Of a DNA stretch of 64,000 bases, positions 36,351 to 50,708 are shown in pieces. Position 1 is the stretch's first letter. Each line of letters opens with the position of its first letter. The DNA is from Camelus dromedarius (lineage: Eukaryota). The notes below the pieces were generated by a model. That model was not told where the DNA came from, did not search any database, and saw only the letters and a list, made by a program, of their open reading frames with translations. The stretch is taken from NCBI RefSeq assembly GCF_036321535.1, contig NC_087436.1, positions 44,022,001-44,086,000 of the forward strand, in the 5' to 3' direction. Made by a program: the position numbers and the translations under genes.

Positions 36351-37454
36351 CTTCTGAACCTTTGACTTAAGTGAAATTATATGCAACAGTTACTAATATT
36401 ATTCAGTAGGAATATTGATGCTATTAATTTTATTTACCTTGATACATTGGTTACTCGCTATTTCATGTTTTAAAAGAAATTTAAAAATACATATTTTTGT
36501 GATTATAAGGTTAGTACACATTTATTGTAGAAAATTTGAAAACTCTAAAATACAAAAGAGGAAAGAAAACAGTATTTTTCAGAGATAACCACTGTTAACA
36601 CGAATCCTTTTGGATGTTATACATACACATTTAAAAATTATTTACTTAAAAAAAACTAGTTAATATATACACCTGGAACAAAATTAAAAGGTTCAAAAGG
36701 GAACACAGTGAAATGTTAAGTCTTTCTCTTCCATGTCCCAGTTTTCCTATTCTGAAGCAACCTCTGTTGTCAGTGTCTGGTGTAATCTTTCAGAGATGTG
36801 ACACACACACGTTTTAAACTCCTCTTTACAGTATTTTTTGGTGAAAATTGTAAATCATGGATGTTTTAAGATGATGAGTCCAATATGGTTCCTTTTTCTT
36901 TTGTTTGTTCCACTCCTGTTGATTCTGTTCTTTGCCTATTATTTTGCAGAATTATTAGTCTCTGTGTATGTTGCAAATTCACTTTAAGTATTGAGCTTTT
37001 ATAAATGGTATTCCTAAGAAAGTATACTTCTACGATATGCTCTGTAGAATGTATTTAGTATTTACACAAACAGAAGTTTACCTCTCATGGTTCCCTTAAA
37101 CTTGTTTTGAGTACTCTAAATTAGACCTCTGTAGGGATTGGAGAAGGCACTTTAAATTCTGTTCCTTTTGGTGATAAAAGTAATTTCCTAATTGAGCCTT
37201 AGCTAATAATGGATTTCTCCACTGGGCAGAAGCGTGGACATCGTTATCCTGACTATGAAATACTATGAATACTTTCTAGGGGCATAACGTTTAACTATTT
37301 AACTCTCAGTATCATGTATCCTACAGATATACAGAGAAACTGGTTTTTGACTTGAACTGATAATAAATTTGGCTCTCTGGAATTTGTTGCTGATATTTCA
37401 CTGAAATCTTTCTGACATAGAGTTAAACCCTTTCTGAAATAAATATTTTGTACT

Positions 37455-37525
37455 ACTTTTTTCTCCCTTTCTTTCTTTCCCTCTTTCTTCTTCCCTCCCT
37501 CCCACCCACTCTCCCTCCCTCCATT
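37455..37525 (+). repeat. Polypyrimidine low-complexity tract (CTTT/CCCT/CCTT)
   Basis: Directly visible. Confidence 0.85.
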
Positions 37526-38899
37526 CCTTCCTTCTTTCGTTTCGCCATTGACTATTTCAACCTCCTTTTCATAAGAGAAGGAATTTTACACACAAAATTA
37601 ATTCTCTCATTGTACTATTTCCCTTACTTGTAGATTAGTTCTGTAATAATCTGATCATCTGTGATGGTGTCAGAGAAAATGTAATTTCTTAAGTAAATTA
37701 CTAGATATTTGCTCTCTGGACTTAACCCCCTCCCCCACATGATTTAAATACTTATTGCAATTTAAAAATTTTCACATTGGTAGTCTTATTAACAGAATAT
37801 TTTCTTAATTAAAATTCATGAAGACAATCATACCTAATATGTCATTAATCTTTATCATGTACGTTAAAAAATAAAAAAATTAAATGAAGTCCCAGAGCAT
37901 ACCATTGAATTGTAGATATTTTTCTTTGGTGATTTTACCTTAGTTGTAATATTAAGGCAACAGGGAAGCATGGAACAAGCATGTGACCAGAAGCCTTGAG
38001 TCCTGGATGGTTATCCCAAATCTGGAGCAAAGAAGCTGGGCAAATCACTAATCTGAGCCATAGTTTTCTCACTTCTAAAATGACACTGCTGGACTTAGTC
38101 TTCAGTGTTTCTCTCAACTTGTAAGGCCATGATTTTAGTTCAAAAAGATTGATAGAATGAGAAAGAAAGATCCCTGGGGAGAGAGAGGTTGACCAATGCC
38201 AAAGTGAAGCAAAAGACTAAATTAAAGTAGGGGACTGGCACACAAGCACTGAAGACAAATTCCTGTTCATTGTGTTTCTTTGTTGTTCTACTTTGTTGAC
38301 TCGGTAGCATGTAGCTCAATAATACTGACCCATTGGCTTTCTATCTATCTGTGGCTCTCAAGTGGGAGGATTTGCTCTTAATGTGTCTCCCTGACAGACT
38401 CAGTTCAGGACTGGTTGGTAGGGAATCACGGCTGTGTCCCACTGAGCTGTAAGGAGCTAGTGAACATCAAATCTAGTCACATTCTGGTAGTATAGACATA
38501 AGCAAATAAGTCAAGGACTGAGAAAATAATAACTTTCTGCTATTGGCTATTTACAAGAAACAAGACTCATTTTCTCTAGTCCTCAGAACAGCTCGACAAG
38601 GTACAACTGAGAAAGTTAAGAGATCAGAAATTAGGAGCTAAGGAAGTTTAGATTTAGACCCAGGTCTATTTTGTTCTAGAGTCCATGCTTTACCCTGATT
38701 TATGCAGTTCTCTGAATATGAGTGGTTCTGGGCTCACATAAAAACTGGATGAAGGAATCTTGCACCCTGCATCTCCAGTCCAGACAAGGAGAGCAATGTT
38801 TCTTGGTTCCAGAAGTACATAGGAGAGCAGCTAAACCTGTAATTTCTAATAGTAGGGGAAGAAACTAACAGTGACTTCAAGGAGGGTGAGGAGCAATTC

Positions 38900-39500
38900 C
38901 TAGTGGAGGGAGTCAGTCTGGAGTCTAGGTCTGCAAAGTATAGCTTGGTGCTGGAGTGGGTTGGGGGCCTGGGGCTGTGGGAGCCAGCCCACTGTTGGAT
39001 TAGGTTGAAAGCCTGAGTCTTCGGTAGTTGGCCTGGCCCCGGACACGGTTAAGAGTCTGAGTTCACGGGGGCTGATTAGGAGCTTGGGGCTTGGGAGCTG
39101 GCTGGCACTGGGGTGAGTCAGGGGCCTGGGTTTTCAGGAGCCCACAGGGAGCCACCTAGGGTCGTAGGAGTCAGCCCGGTGCTTGGGCAGGCTAGCACTG
39201 GGGTCTGTGGTAAAGTCTGCTGCTCCCTTCCTCTTCTCCCATAGGGAAGATGCTTCTCTCTTGGGTACCCCAGCATGGGGGAGGAGTGATAGGAACAGCC
39301 TGAATCTATCTTTCCTACCCTCTTCAGTGCATCTTTTCCTTTTTATGTGGTTCAGGTGCTGTAATCCCTCACCTGGAATCCTTGGCTCTTGTGAAGGTAT
39401 TTTCCGGCATGGATAATTGTTCAATTTGATGGGTTTTTTTGGGTGGGTGGGTGGGTGGGGAAGCACTAGAAATTCCTATGCCATGATTTTGCTGATGCTT
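38900..39500 (-). mobile_element. GC-rich L1M 5'-region fragment
   Basis: G-rich and CpG-poor, with repeated ggggcctggg/ggagcc units; ends cacctggaatccttggctcttgtgaaggtatttt...ggataattgttcaatttgatg, typical of old L1M 5' ends. Confidence 0.6.
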
Positions 39501-42384
39501 GTCCCCCACCTAATAGTATTCTAACATCATCATATTCAACCACAGGATTGGACTTATAACCCATTTTTATCTCTTCTTGTTACTATTAAAAATTTCACAT
39601 TTATTCTTGACTTCTTCAAACTAGATTATAAACTCTGTAATAGGAAGTACCAGGCTTTATAATTTTCATTTCTTACATGTAATGCATTGCTCTGCATATT
39701 GTAGGTGTTTAATAAATGTTTGTAGATTGAGTGATTCAATAGGAAAAGCAGACTTCCAAAATCTTTCCAAAAAACCTAAATGAAGTGAAACCCCCAAATT
39801 TCAGTATAGAAAGCAAATGCCAAGTGAAGGTACAAATGGCTTTCAAAGGGTTCTCTTCCCTATGCAAATGTCTGTATAACATATAGATGAGAAATTTTTG
39901 CCTTGACCATTGTTTTGAGGAAATACTGAAAAAAGTAAGAAAATCTTCTAAAACTCTGTATGTGAACTTGCTTTTTTTTTTTTTTTCACTTTTGCAGTGT
40001 TTAAATAAGTTCCCCACAAGTTCACATGAAAGAAAATGAAAAAAGCAGTCATAGGCTTGGTGGATAGACACTTAAACTTCAGATTTGATCAAATCACTTG
40101 AGAACTGGGCCAAGTTATTTAGTGTCAGCTATTACACCTAATTCCCAGGCTATCCAGAATTTGGCAAAGCCTGGTGGAGCAGATCTGTAAGAAACTTTGA
40201 TTTATCACAAAGGGGAGAATTAAGATTTAATAAATAAGAATTTTGGACTTGCTGTTTATTTGATTAGTTAGCTTAAAATAGGCTTTATTGCCAACTTGAG
40301 GGAGAAAACAGGACTGCTCCATGAGATGACCCAAGTGAGCTTCAGAAGGGACTTGTCTTGGCCTTGTTTGGAATTATTCCTTTATTTCCTGGCATTTTGA
40401 TATAGCATGAGCAGCAGAGGTAGGAAAATTCTTGAAAAATGTTTTCAGGGATTCCGGAATTTAAACTTTCATTACTGGTCCTGGGTATGCAAACAATTGA
40501 GCAAAATAACTGTATAAAAATTAGGTTCAAAGGTACCTATAACCTTCTGATAAGAAGTTCTCAGTTCAAATGATTTTCAGTGTTACAACTGACCTTTCTG
40601 TGACATTAAGCTCATTTTCCCAACAAGCAATTATGACATTGCCTTTGGAGCACTTTGGGCCCCCATAGACCACGTGCAGTGGAAAGAAAACAGCTTAGTA
40701 TCTGGGCCTTATTATCCTTTTTGTCATCTAGGCATCACCAAGTTTCCCCACTTGTGTTCAAGCCTGACCACTCATGCAATTTTTATAGTAGCAAGAAACA
40801 GTTTGGAAATTTCCACCTTGAAGGCCAATACCTCATGGAAAACTTTGAGAAGTATTTTATTTATGAATAGAAACTCAGTTTATTAACCTTCTTGGTATAT
40901 ATTTTTGAAGCTTCTCTATTTTGTTAAATAGACTATCCTTAAAAAATTCACTTTTCTGCCAGGCAGAGAGTGGATAGAAGGTAAAGAAATGTAATGTACT
41001 GAATGCATAAATTAGCGTAGATTAAAAACAATAACCTTTTATTATTAGTGTACATGAACTGCATTGTAGAAAATAAATTAAGCAAAATTAATTAAATAAA
41101 AACATGTCCACCACGCAGAGATCACCACTGTTAACACTTTACTATAGCTTCTGGAAAGTGTATGTAAAATTTAAATTAATGTATTAAATATTCATAATGA
41201 ATATATTTCATACACAAATTTAACCCAATTAATTTAAATTTAATATTTAACCAAAGTCAAGATGTTTTTTAAACCTTATCTGATAGTTTATCCCTCTAGA
41301 CTTAGATTAAATTAATATTTGCAAACAGGAAAACCAAAGCACAGCTTGATTCCTAGAGGGCAGGAGGCGAGGAGATTACAAGTGAAATTCTTTTTTCTCT
41401 GTTATGTCACCTGTTCAATGTACAGTCTTCAAAATTACCATTGGATGGCTAGCATAGCTGACTTTCAGAAATGATAGCCAGTATACTGAAGATATTCAAG
41501 CTGAAATAATTTCAAATTCTCATAAAGCAGAAGATCTCTTAATGAGAAGAAAACAGGTGTTGCTGACAGAAGCAGTTATCAAACCTGGTAAAGCCTTACA
41601 CCACAGAGAGTACCCAGCCACCTGTTATCCTCCCCTGAGAGGGCCTCTTAGTGATATGCAGACAAATTGAAGATGCCCCCGTGGGTAGGCATGAGTGCAA
41701 AAGGAGGTTGCCAGGCTGCAGGATCTATCCCTGCATGTCTCCTCTCCAGGATCCTACAGGGCCAATTGATATGAACCTGGGAGGCCACCCTGGAAAGACT
41801 TTTAAAGATATTTCCAGCCTAGGAACTCTCCTATGGGTAGTCTCTGAGATTAAGACTGTTCTTTGGGAGTAGGTGGGGACAGGAGATGGTGTTCCAGTTT
41901 GGTGTATCCTGAGCAGGTCAGAATACCCAACAGTGTCATGAGGCTCTTCAGGACCTCTGAGCCAGCAGACTTCCTGCTGCAGTCACAGCGTGTCTGTTTC
42001 AAGGGCAATCTGAAAGCACACTCCCTATGCAGAGGAAACCTCTAGAAGTACGCAAGTATATGTCAAACCCAAAAACTCCCTTGGGTATGAGCTAATTGCT
42101 CTGTATTAGGACATTTAGATTTTTAGTCTTTCCCCCTCCTCTGGAAGTTTATTAAACATTAATCAAATGCTCACATGGAAAGCTACAAATCAATAATTTC
42201 ATGAAGAAGAGTGGATTAATATGAACTTTACATTGCTATTATAAAATAATGTATAAAAAGAAGGGGATGAAAAGAACAGAAATCATTAGACACTCATGTC
42301 GTCTGGTGACAAACTACGTTTATAGTAAAGGGAATAATCCATAGTTACTGACATGATGACAGATTCATGTGGAATTTGTTAAAT

Positions 42385-44140
42385 TTCTTCTTTTTAAAAT
42401 AAACTTTTGATTTTAGAATAGTTTTAGATTTATGCAAAAGTTGCAAAGATTGTACCTAGGGTTCCTGTATGTCCAGCAGTTGGTTTCTCCTATTAACATC
42501 TTACATTTGTAGTTACAGTACAGTACATTTGTCACAACTAGTGAACCAATATTGATACATTATTATTAATTTAAGTCCATGTTTCATTCATAATTCCTTA
42601 GTTTCCCCTCCTGTCCTTTTTCTGTTCCAGAACCCTTTCTAGGACACCACAGTACATTTAATCATAATGTTCCCTTAGTCTCTGCTTGTCTGGAACAGTT
42701 TCTTAGAATTTCCTTAGTTCTTGATGACCTTGACAGTTGTGAGAAATACCAGTCAGCTATTTTGTAGAATGATCCTGAAATTAGATCTGTCAGATGTTTT
42801 CCCCATGATTGGCGTGGAGATATGGTTCCTTCAGAGGAAGAACACAGATGTGAAGTTACATTCTCATCATATCCTATCAAAAGGTACGTGCTGGTTTATC
42901 ACTGATGGTATTAAGCTTGATAACCTGGCTCCACTAAAAAGTTACTCCCCCTATTCTGTTCCACACAGTACTCTTTGGAAAGTAAAAGCCCATACTTAAG
43001 GGGTGAGGAGTTATGCTCCACCTTCTTGAGGGGGCAGTATCTACATAAATTATTTGGAATTCTTCTGGACAGGTTTGTCCCTTCTCATTAATTTATTTAT
43101 ATAATCATGTATTTATATCAGGATGAACTCATGGATATTTATTTTATACTTTGGGTGTAAAATACTACTTCATATATTTTCTTGCTCAAATTGGTCAAGC
43201 CTTGGTCATTGGAAATGCTTTCAATTGCTTTTTGTACCACTTCTGTATGTATGTGTATGTGAGTGTGTGTGTGTGGTGGGGGGGGGAAGAGAGAGAGGTT
43301 GATTTAGCACTTCCTTAATTTCTGACACTACAGGATATCCCAGGCTCATCCTGTATATTCACTGCTCAGCCCTAGAAGCAGCCATTTCTCCAGGAAGGCT
43401 GGGTTCCTTTTAGTAGAAGATAGTATTAGAAACAAAGATCTGGGTGCTGGTGTACTGATTACCACTGGGTTGTGTTACTTCTAGGTGCTCTCAGTTTGGA
43501 AATACATGAGTGTCTACTGCAAGGGAGCAAAGTCTTTTCCTCTGTCCTCGTAGGGTCAATAGCTGGGTGTATGAAATAAATTGACAGGCAGATTAACAGG
43601 AGAAAAGGTATACAGATTCATTAAATTTTGATATTTCACGCATGGGAGCATCACAGAAAAAAATGAACCCCTCCCCCCAAATCAGTGAGATTGAGAACTT
43701 ATATACCATATTAATAGGGGAAGGGGAGTGGGGATGTAGGTAATTTAGGAAATGATTTTTAAGAAGGATGAATGGGCCCTTAGAAGAATAGATGGGAGGC
43801 ACGATGGTTTGTGACAAAGTCTGGCTTTGGTGTCCACTAGTCTCCTCTCCTGTAATAGGAGTCAGTGTTGCCTGGTTGATGAAACTCCTGGTGAGAGGAT
43901 TTATGAAAACTGAGTTCCTTTTAAAGAATCTGTCTTTAGGCAGATAAGGGGCATTCAAAGAAAGCCTCTCCCTGTATTTGCTGTTATTCAAGTTCCTTGG
44001 GCTCAAAATAATCAATGTACCAAAGTGGTATATTTTGAGGTGGCATGTCTTGAACTCTTTCAACACTAATCCCTTGTATAAACTCACATCTATGCTTATT
44101 TCTTATTTATTTAAGCTAAACATGAATTTATACTGATGTT
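42385..44140 (-). mobile_element. L1MC-like 3' end interrupted by an ERV1 LTR
   Basis: ttttagaatagttttagatttatgcaaaagttgcaaagat...ccaatattgatacattattatt...; continues after 44066 (ctaatcccttgtataaactcacatc). Confidence 0.8.
43518..44065 (-). mobile_element. MER34/MER39-like ERV1 solo LTR, 548 bp
   Basis: TG...CA termini. Minus-strand start TGTTGAAAGAGTTCAAGACATGCCACCTCAAAATATACCACTTTGG resembles recalled MER34. Flanks ctac/ctaa. Confidence 0.8.
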
Positions 44141-45331
44141 CCTTGCTGTGTAAAGAAAAAAGTTGGCAGCAGATGGTGTCTTACAGCACATTTCATTTCA
44201 GTCTTGCTGTGATTATATGTGCCAAATCTATTAAAAAAATCACTGTCCATTCTCTGGGCTTTCTCTGAAGATTAAATTGCATTGAAAAACACAGTTCTAT
44301 GAGGAACAAAGACTTGCACAGAATTGGAAGTGAGGTAAACATTAGAGAAAATAGAAGAGCCAGGCAGGTGGAGGAACAGCCGTGCTCTTAGACAAGATGG
44401 CAATGGAGATATGAAATATGAAGTTCAGATATACTTCGAGGATTCACTAGAACCATTTATCCTGGTATGACCATTTCTCACAGGCACTGATGAAGACATG
44501 TGACTCATTTCATGAAGAGGTAGTTTTAGCAGCAGTTCGTCTTGGTTTGGCGGAGATGAAGCAGTAGCTCCAAGCACTGGTGAATGATATCAGTAAAGCA
44601 CCTGCAATTTAAAACGAGTATTAAAGTTCGGGTCCTTTTGTGTCTAAATCCTTTTGCATTAGAAAAATAATGTCCTCTTTGTTAGCGTAGGTCTTTTGCA
44701 AGCCAGGTTGGTGGCAAAAATCCTTTGTTATCAACTTGGGTGTCAGTGATATGATAAGGAAAGGAAGAGCACAGTATCTTTCCATTACAGAGGGAGGAGA
44801 TTGTGATGATCAGGATCTTGGCACAGACCTCTCAAGAAATGTTCTTTACAACTTGAAAAAGGAAGAAATGCCTGAGGAGAGCCGTATTTTGCCAACATTA
44901 GCTCTATCTGAGCATCTTACAAAAACATCTGAAAGCATAAGCTAACAGTTAAGGAAAATGTGGGAGAACCAGTTTTGAAATGCACTAGGAGATGGCACTA
45001 AAGATATGCCATAGTTTATTATAAAACATTCATATCCACAAACATCTGATTTGAGAAACTTTCACTTTTCAGGTAGGGAGAATTGAAAGAAAAGAAAATA
45101 TGAGAGAGAAACACAGGATGAAGCAATAAAATTGAAGACTTGCTAAAATAAAGATTAATTAAGATGATAATATGCTTTTAGCATGTGTTTGCAGACTGAA
45201 AAGATAAGACTTTATGAACAAATTAATTATACTCTTTTAAATACTATATATTAATAATCTTTACTGGGTTATACTACCTACTTGGGTATAGAATGTATCC
45301 ATGTATACTGGCATGTCCTGGCTTAAAAAAA

Positions 45332-45463
45332 TTTTTTTTGGGTGTGAAGGTAGTTAGGTTTATTTATCCATTTACTTATTACTTAATGGAGGCACTGGGG
45401 ATTAAACCCAGGACCTCCTGCATGCTAAGCACAAGCTCTAACACTGAGCTATACTGTCCCCCC
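45332..45463 (-). mobile_element. tRNA-Ala-derived SINE (camelid vic-1-like)
   Basis: Minus strand GGGG..ACAGTATAGCTCAGTGTTAGAGCTTGTGCTTAGCATGCAGGAGGTCCTGGGTTTAATCCCCAGTGCCTCCA: A box, B-like box, AGC anticodon region, then an AT-rich tail and poly(A). Flanked by tgtcctggctt/catcctggatt. Confidence 0.88.
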
Positions 45464-47202
45464 CATCCTGGATTTTTTATGTGAGAGTACTAGTGTACAA
45501 TTATATTTATCTTGGTGAAACATTTCTAATGCACATTGAAAACATAATGTAATATAACATAAACCAGCAGATTAGTCTGAAATTTCAGTTTGGAATCAAA
45601 GCGATATACTTTTTGTGATTCTGTAAACATAGCATAATGCTCTTGGCCTATGCAATGGAGCAAAACTTACAAAAGTATTTTCAGAGCTGATTTCATTTTG
45701 TAAATTGTTCACATCCACAGGAGAATTGTGTATGCTTTGGTGAGTGCAACAGAAAATGCATGGTATTGTAGTAAGTAGATGTTTGGAGAAAATGTCTCAC
45801 TAAAGAAGGTGTGGCTGCACAGAGCACATTTCATTTCTATTCAGCTCTTTAGATTCTTCATTCCTTATTTTTATGATCATTTTGATTCATGACAAATAGC
45901 TGAAACTAACAACAGAATTCACAAAAATTTCAATTATGAGGAATTGTGAATCAGCATTGTAACAGAATTCCTTTGTATTTATCTATCTTTTGGCAGCAAT
46001 AAAATAATCAGCTTCTATGGCTCTGAATGTATCCTTGGATAGTGAAGAATGTCCTCTCTTATGTGTGAATGTGTATATTTAATGACTAGCATGTATTGAA
46101 AGCTTGCTTTGTGTAAGGCACTATGAAAGGATATGCAATAATTTATTAGTCTTATGTAGAATGACCCCATTTTACAGGTGAGAAGCTTGGAGTTTAAAGA
46201 GATGTGGGTATGACTTATATAAATTTTATAGTTAGTAAATGGCAGAACCAAGTCTTAGATACAGGCCTGACATAAAGAGAGATTTTTATCTGAAAGTTTG
46301 TAGGTTGTTCTAATATCTTCCTATAACCAAAGGGGGAAATCAGGCCTAAACAATCTTATAGTTTTAGTATGTAATTGGCTTGGGGACACGGTCTTGTTTG
46401 ATCTTGCTCACTCCTAAGATTCCAGGGATAAAAATAGCAGCTAATATTATACCTAGAGGCCCCTAAGATGTTCTGGGCCAAGACTGGAGAAAGTTCTTTT
46501 CAAGTGCCTACTGAATTACCAAATTTGGCTGCTGAGACCTTTTGTGTTAAAAATAAATAAAAAAGCCATGATTAGGGCCTAATCTCCAAGTCATAAACCA
46601 GTTGCAATAGTGTGTTGGGGGCAAGAGGAATATGGTTTCTTTACAAGTGAGTTCTCCTCTGCCATTGAAATTCTTATTTTAAACATGTTCCCAATGTTTG
46701 AGAATTAAAACTAGTTAGAAACTTGGGGAAGGGGCCAGAGAGCACAAAGCACTTACCTGCATCTAGGCTTGAACCTACCCAGCTCCCAAGACATACCCTT
46801 AATGTCTTGTGAGGCCCCAGGGGAGTTAGCATAAATTTTGGTGTAAGCAGTTGACATATACAAAATTTCATGGATTTCCTACTCTTAATTTTAAGTAATG
46901 GGCTTTTCTGTGAATCATTTTCTCACCTGTTCGTAATAACTTCAAGCCTTTTTTTGAATTCTGGGCATACTGTTCAGTCAACTAAAACTTTATCGTAACT
47001 GAAGACCTGAATCTCGTAACAGAAGCAGGCAGCACAACAGACTAAAGGCTGTACCTCTGTTCAGAAAAATTTTTAAATTTATCTTGATCAATGAGTTTAT
47101 AATTTGAATTAGTCATCTTATTCTGTACTCTGAAGAGTGGGGTTCGTGGAAGTGACTCAGAGATCATGGAGGGTGAGGTGAGAATTGAGTCTATAATGGA
47201 TG

Positions 47203-47535
47203 GTGTTTTGTGCTGTGCAGATCCTCCCTTCAGAACCACAGGATTTACTGTGATAGCTGCTGGAATACTGCTAGTGACAGCCCCCAGCTGTCAGCCATCT
47301 CTGGCAATGACTTTTGGCTGAAGAGATCTCCCTTATCCCAACTATAGGTCAGTCCTTAAGGCCATTCCTGTTTGAGAGCACCCCATAGAGGCCTTGCTGT
47401 AACTGTACTGAACTGCCCAATTCTAATTCCTTTACTTCCTTCACAGGTGCTCACTTTAGAGCACTCCCTAGTAAATTTCCTGCATGCTAATTTTTTTCCC
47501 AGAGTCTACTTCCCCGGGAATTTGGAACTACAGCA
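47203..47535 (+). mobile_element. LTR16-like ERVL solo LTR
   Basis: cagatcctcccttcagaac...cagcccccagctgtcagcc...gcactcccctagtaaatttcctgcatgctaa...cagagtctacttccccgggaa. Confidence 0.7.
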
Positions 47536-49074
47536 AAATCAATTATAGCAGCGCTGCTTTTATCATTTATATATATTGGGTATTTATGTAAGATTTCACT
47601 CAAAGCAAACCAAACTAAACACCTTTTAACAATTAAACAAATACTTCACCTTATCATTATAGTTTTGTACAAGACCAATTTATTTAAGTTAATCGTTCCA
47701 AACCAACATCTAAGGTGTGTTTTCCTTTTGTAATTGTTTCTTCTTAACTTTTATTTGTATATTGCATTTACACATATACTTTTGTGCCTTTTAAAGCTGA
47801 AAATACATTAAATAATAGTCATTAATATTTTTGATATTACATATGTAATAACCAGGAAAATATTTTACAGAAGCAATCATGACAGACCAGAGCAGAGCAT
47901 TCAGTAGATCGCACATATTCTCAAATACTGAAGATTTTTAAATATCCCACTCTCCAACCCCAAGAATAATTCTTATTAAATTTTGTCTCAAACCAACTAT
48001 AGTATAAATAAATATATTGCATATAGAATTTTCATTCTTCTATTAAAAAAATCTCATATTAAAAAATAAACCATCAACTAGCCTCTTATAATATGGGGTA
48101 AACTAATAACAAAAAAGGTCCATGGTCTTATGATAAAAGTCACTGTATTCTATGGTGCTTTGGAAAACTAGCAAGGAGATTTCTAACTAATTCAGTTGAT
48201 GAAAGGTTAAATGTTGAAAGTTTAACTGCTGAAATGATAACAACTCAAATTTAGTATGCATGTGAAGGCCCAAGTTCTGGATTTTAGCAGGCTCCTGCAA
48301 AGCTCATCAATAATTCTAACTTAAAAAAAAAAAAACTGTCAAGGCAACATAAAGAAGAAATATAGCTTTGATGCCTAGGTTGATCTTGATCTGGATTTTT
48401 CCACCATTCTATTGCCTGGGAAGCAATACACATAGCAGGCCTTGGCTTTCTGCTCCAGCAGTGGGGATGAGGAGAATAAAGCTCTGTTCACTCTCAGGTG
48501 ACACTTGATGTGTCACCAATTAACTGATAAGTGGAACACACTATATAGGATTCGGAAGGGAGACTCAGAATGCAGGGTTGTGAAAGTATTATTTATTAGA
48601 AAGAATAACAAAGTATTCTATATACATATTATTTAACATATATGATCCTGGCTACTAGGACATTCTAGTAATGAATTATTATGGAGCCTAAAGTACCAAG
48701 CTTAGATAGCTCAAAATTCCTGCTCACACTTAGGAGATTAAAAAAAATTTAAACTTTAGTAGATAAAGGTCTATTGAAAAATACTGGAAAAATATGTAAT
48801 TTAGGTAGCATGAGTGACCATATGCATCCTGGAGAAATAGTGACTCTACCAAGCACAGCATTGAAAATACATTTTCTCCTAAAAAGTGCAAGCATATAGT
48901 AGCAATACTATGTATTTATGCAAATAACAGCAATATTCTTCCATCAAAAGTGAATAAACTTTATAAAGAACGTATACATCAATCCACTCTCTTTATGCAC
49001 AGTAAGTACATTTTGCAGTCAAAAACTTCTAAACTCTAGATTTTCTTTGTTAATACACTGAATAAATGAAGCTG

Positions 49075-50130
49075 ATTTATTTATTCATTTGACAGAGTTT
49101 TAAGCACATACTGTATGCCACGCATCGTGTTAGGCAATGCAGTTATGAACACCATAGACATGTTTTCTGCCGTGATGCCTGTTGTTTAATGGAAGAAGTG
49201 ACCATAAGCATTTACAATATAGCATGACAAATGTTGACAGGAGAAATACAGAGTCCTCTGAAAGCACAAGAAGTACCGAAACTGGATTTGAAAGAGTCGC
49301 AGAAATTTTCCCGGAGGCCATGATGTCTAAATTGAGGCCTTAAAGCTGTGGAGATGTTGGTCAGTTTGGTGGTGAAGGGTTCAAGAAAGAAGGTAGAGCA
49401 TGCACAGAATTCTGGAAGTGAGAAAGTGTGTCTCCCTCAACTGAAAAACAAAAGCAATATAGTGGAAAGGGAGGGTGGTGGTACAGGGAGATGAGGTACA
49501 CAAGAACCAGTTCATGAAGGGTCTTGTAAAACATATGAAGCAGTAAGGATTTTATCATAATTGCAACACGAAGCCATTGAAAAGATTTAGGCCCAGGAAA
49601 TCAGACATACATTTTAGAAAGATTATTCTGACTATAAAGTGGGAAAACAAAGGCAAGGAGACCAAGGAAGATTCTGATAGCAATCAATGTATGATGGTAT
49701 GGAATAAGTCAGTGATACCAGGAATGGAGAGAAGTGGAAAGATTAAAGATATTTTTAGGAAGTAAAAGAGACAGGGCTTGGTGATTGGCTATATGTGGGC
49801 AGTGTAGGAGAGGATTGTGTCATTTGCTGAGAATGGAAACACAGGAAGAAGAAAAGATTTGGGAGAAGGCTGCTGAGTTCCCTTTTTGGATGTATTGAAT
49901 TTGGGGTACTAAGGGATAAGCAAGTACAAATGTTGGGCAAGCAAGTGAATGTATGGATCTTGTATTCTGTATAGAACTCTCTGAACTGGAGATGCAGACT
50001 GGAGAGCTGTTAGTATGAAACGGTAACTAAAGCCATGGGAGTGGTGTATTGCCCAAGGCAATGTGTAGAGTGATGAGAGAACAGGCTGAGACACCAAAGA
50101 TTAAGGGTAGTGCAGAGAAAGAGGACTTAA
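49075..50130 (-). mobile_element. L2 LINE fragment (~1 kb)
   Basis: Reverse L2 3' end (tttattcatttgacag...cacatactgtatgccacgca) followed by a continuous L2-type body. Confidence 0.8.
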
Positions 50131-50708
50131 AAATACCCTCAGTCTAGCAATAATCCTGAAGCCATAATTTGTGCATTAGTTTATATTCTCCTTGGCCAAG
50201 TGTAGTGCTAGAAGTACTAACAGGTATAAAAATCTTGATTTTTTTCTCTTCTTTCACCTTTGTAAAGCTCTTAATTGGGAATGAAAACATTTAAAATAAA
50301 TTGAAGTCAATAAACATTTGTAAAATAACTGTTAAAATATAATCTACAAAACCAAACAGCCCTTGATTGCTCAATACATAGCTTTGATTATTTTGTGCTT
50401 TCTACTTGACAACAGACCTTTACTTCTGCTGTAACTTGCCCTCCATCAGCTCTGTAACTGTTTCTTATTTCCTGATCATCTGGATAGTCTATAGTGGATT
50501 TGCAGCTCAGTGACATCCCAGAGAGATTTTCTCTGATCAAAACATGTGATTAAATAGAGATATATGTTGGTCAGAAGACAGTCATGGTTCATATTTCTCA
50601 CAAGGAAAAAATACAAATACAGTTTTGGATGGGTTGATGGGGACTTGCCTTTATATGCTTCTTTTATATTTGTAGGAGTAGAAGGGAAATGCGGCCTCCC
50701 AGGCTAAT

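Noticed and set aside
38900..39470. GC-rich block as a possible second promoter or gene, with 110-aa and 77-aa ORFs
   Set aside because: CpG-depleted and resembles an old L1 5' region; ORFs unrecognisable.
43593..44087. Longest ORF in the track (164 aa, minus strand)
   Set aside because: Lies almost entirely within a MER34-like solo LTR; no recognisable protein and no splice context.
45385..45463. tRNA-Ala-like sequence as a possible tRNA gene
   Set aside because: Degenerate B box and stems, followed by a SINE tail and poly(A), and flanked by TSDs: it is a SINE.
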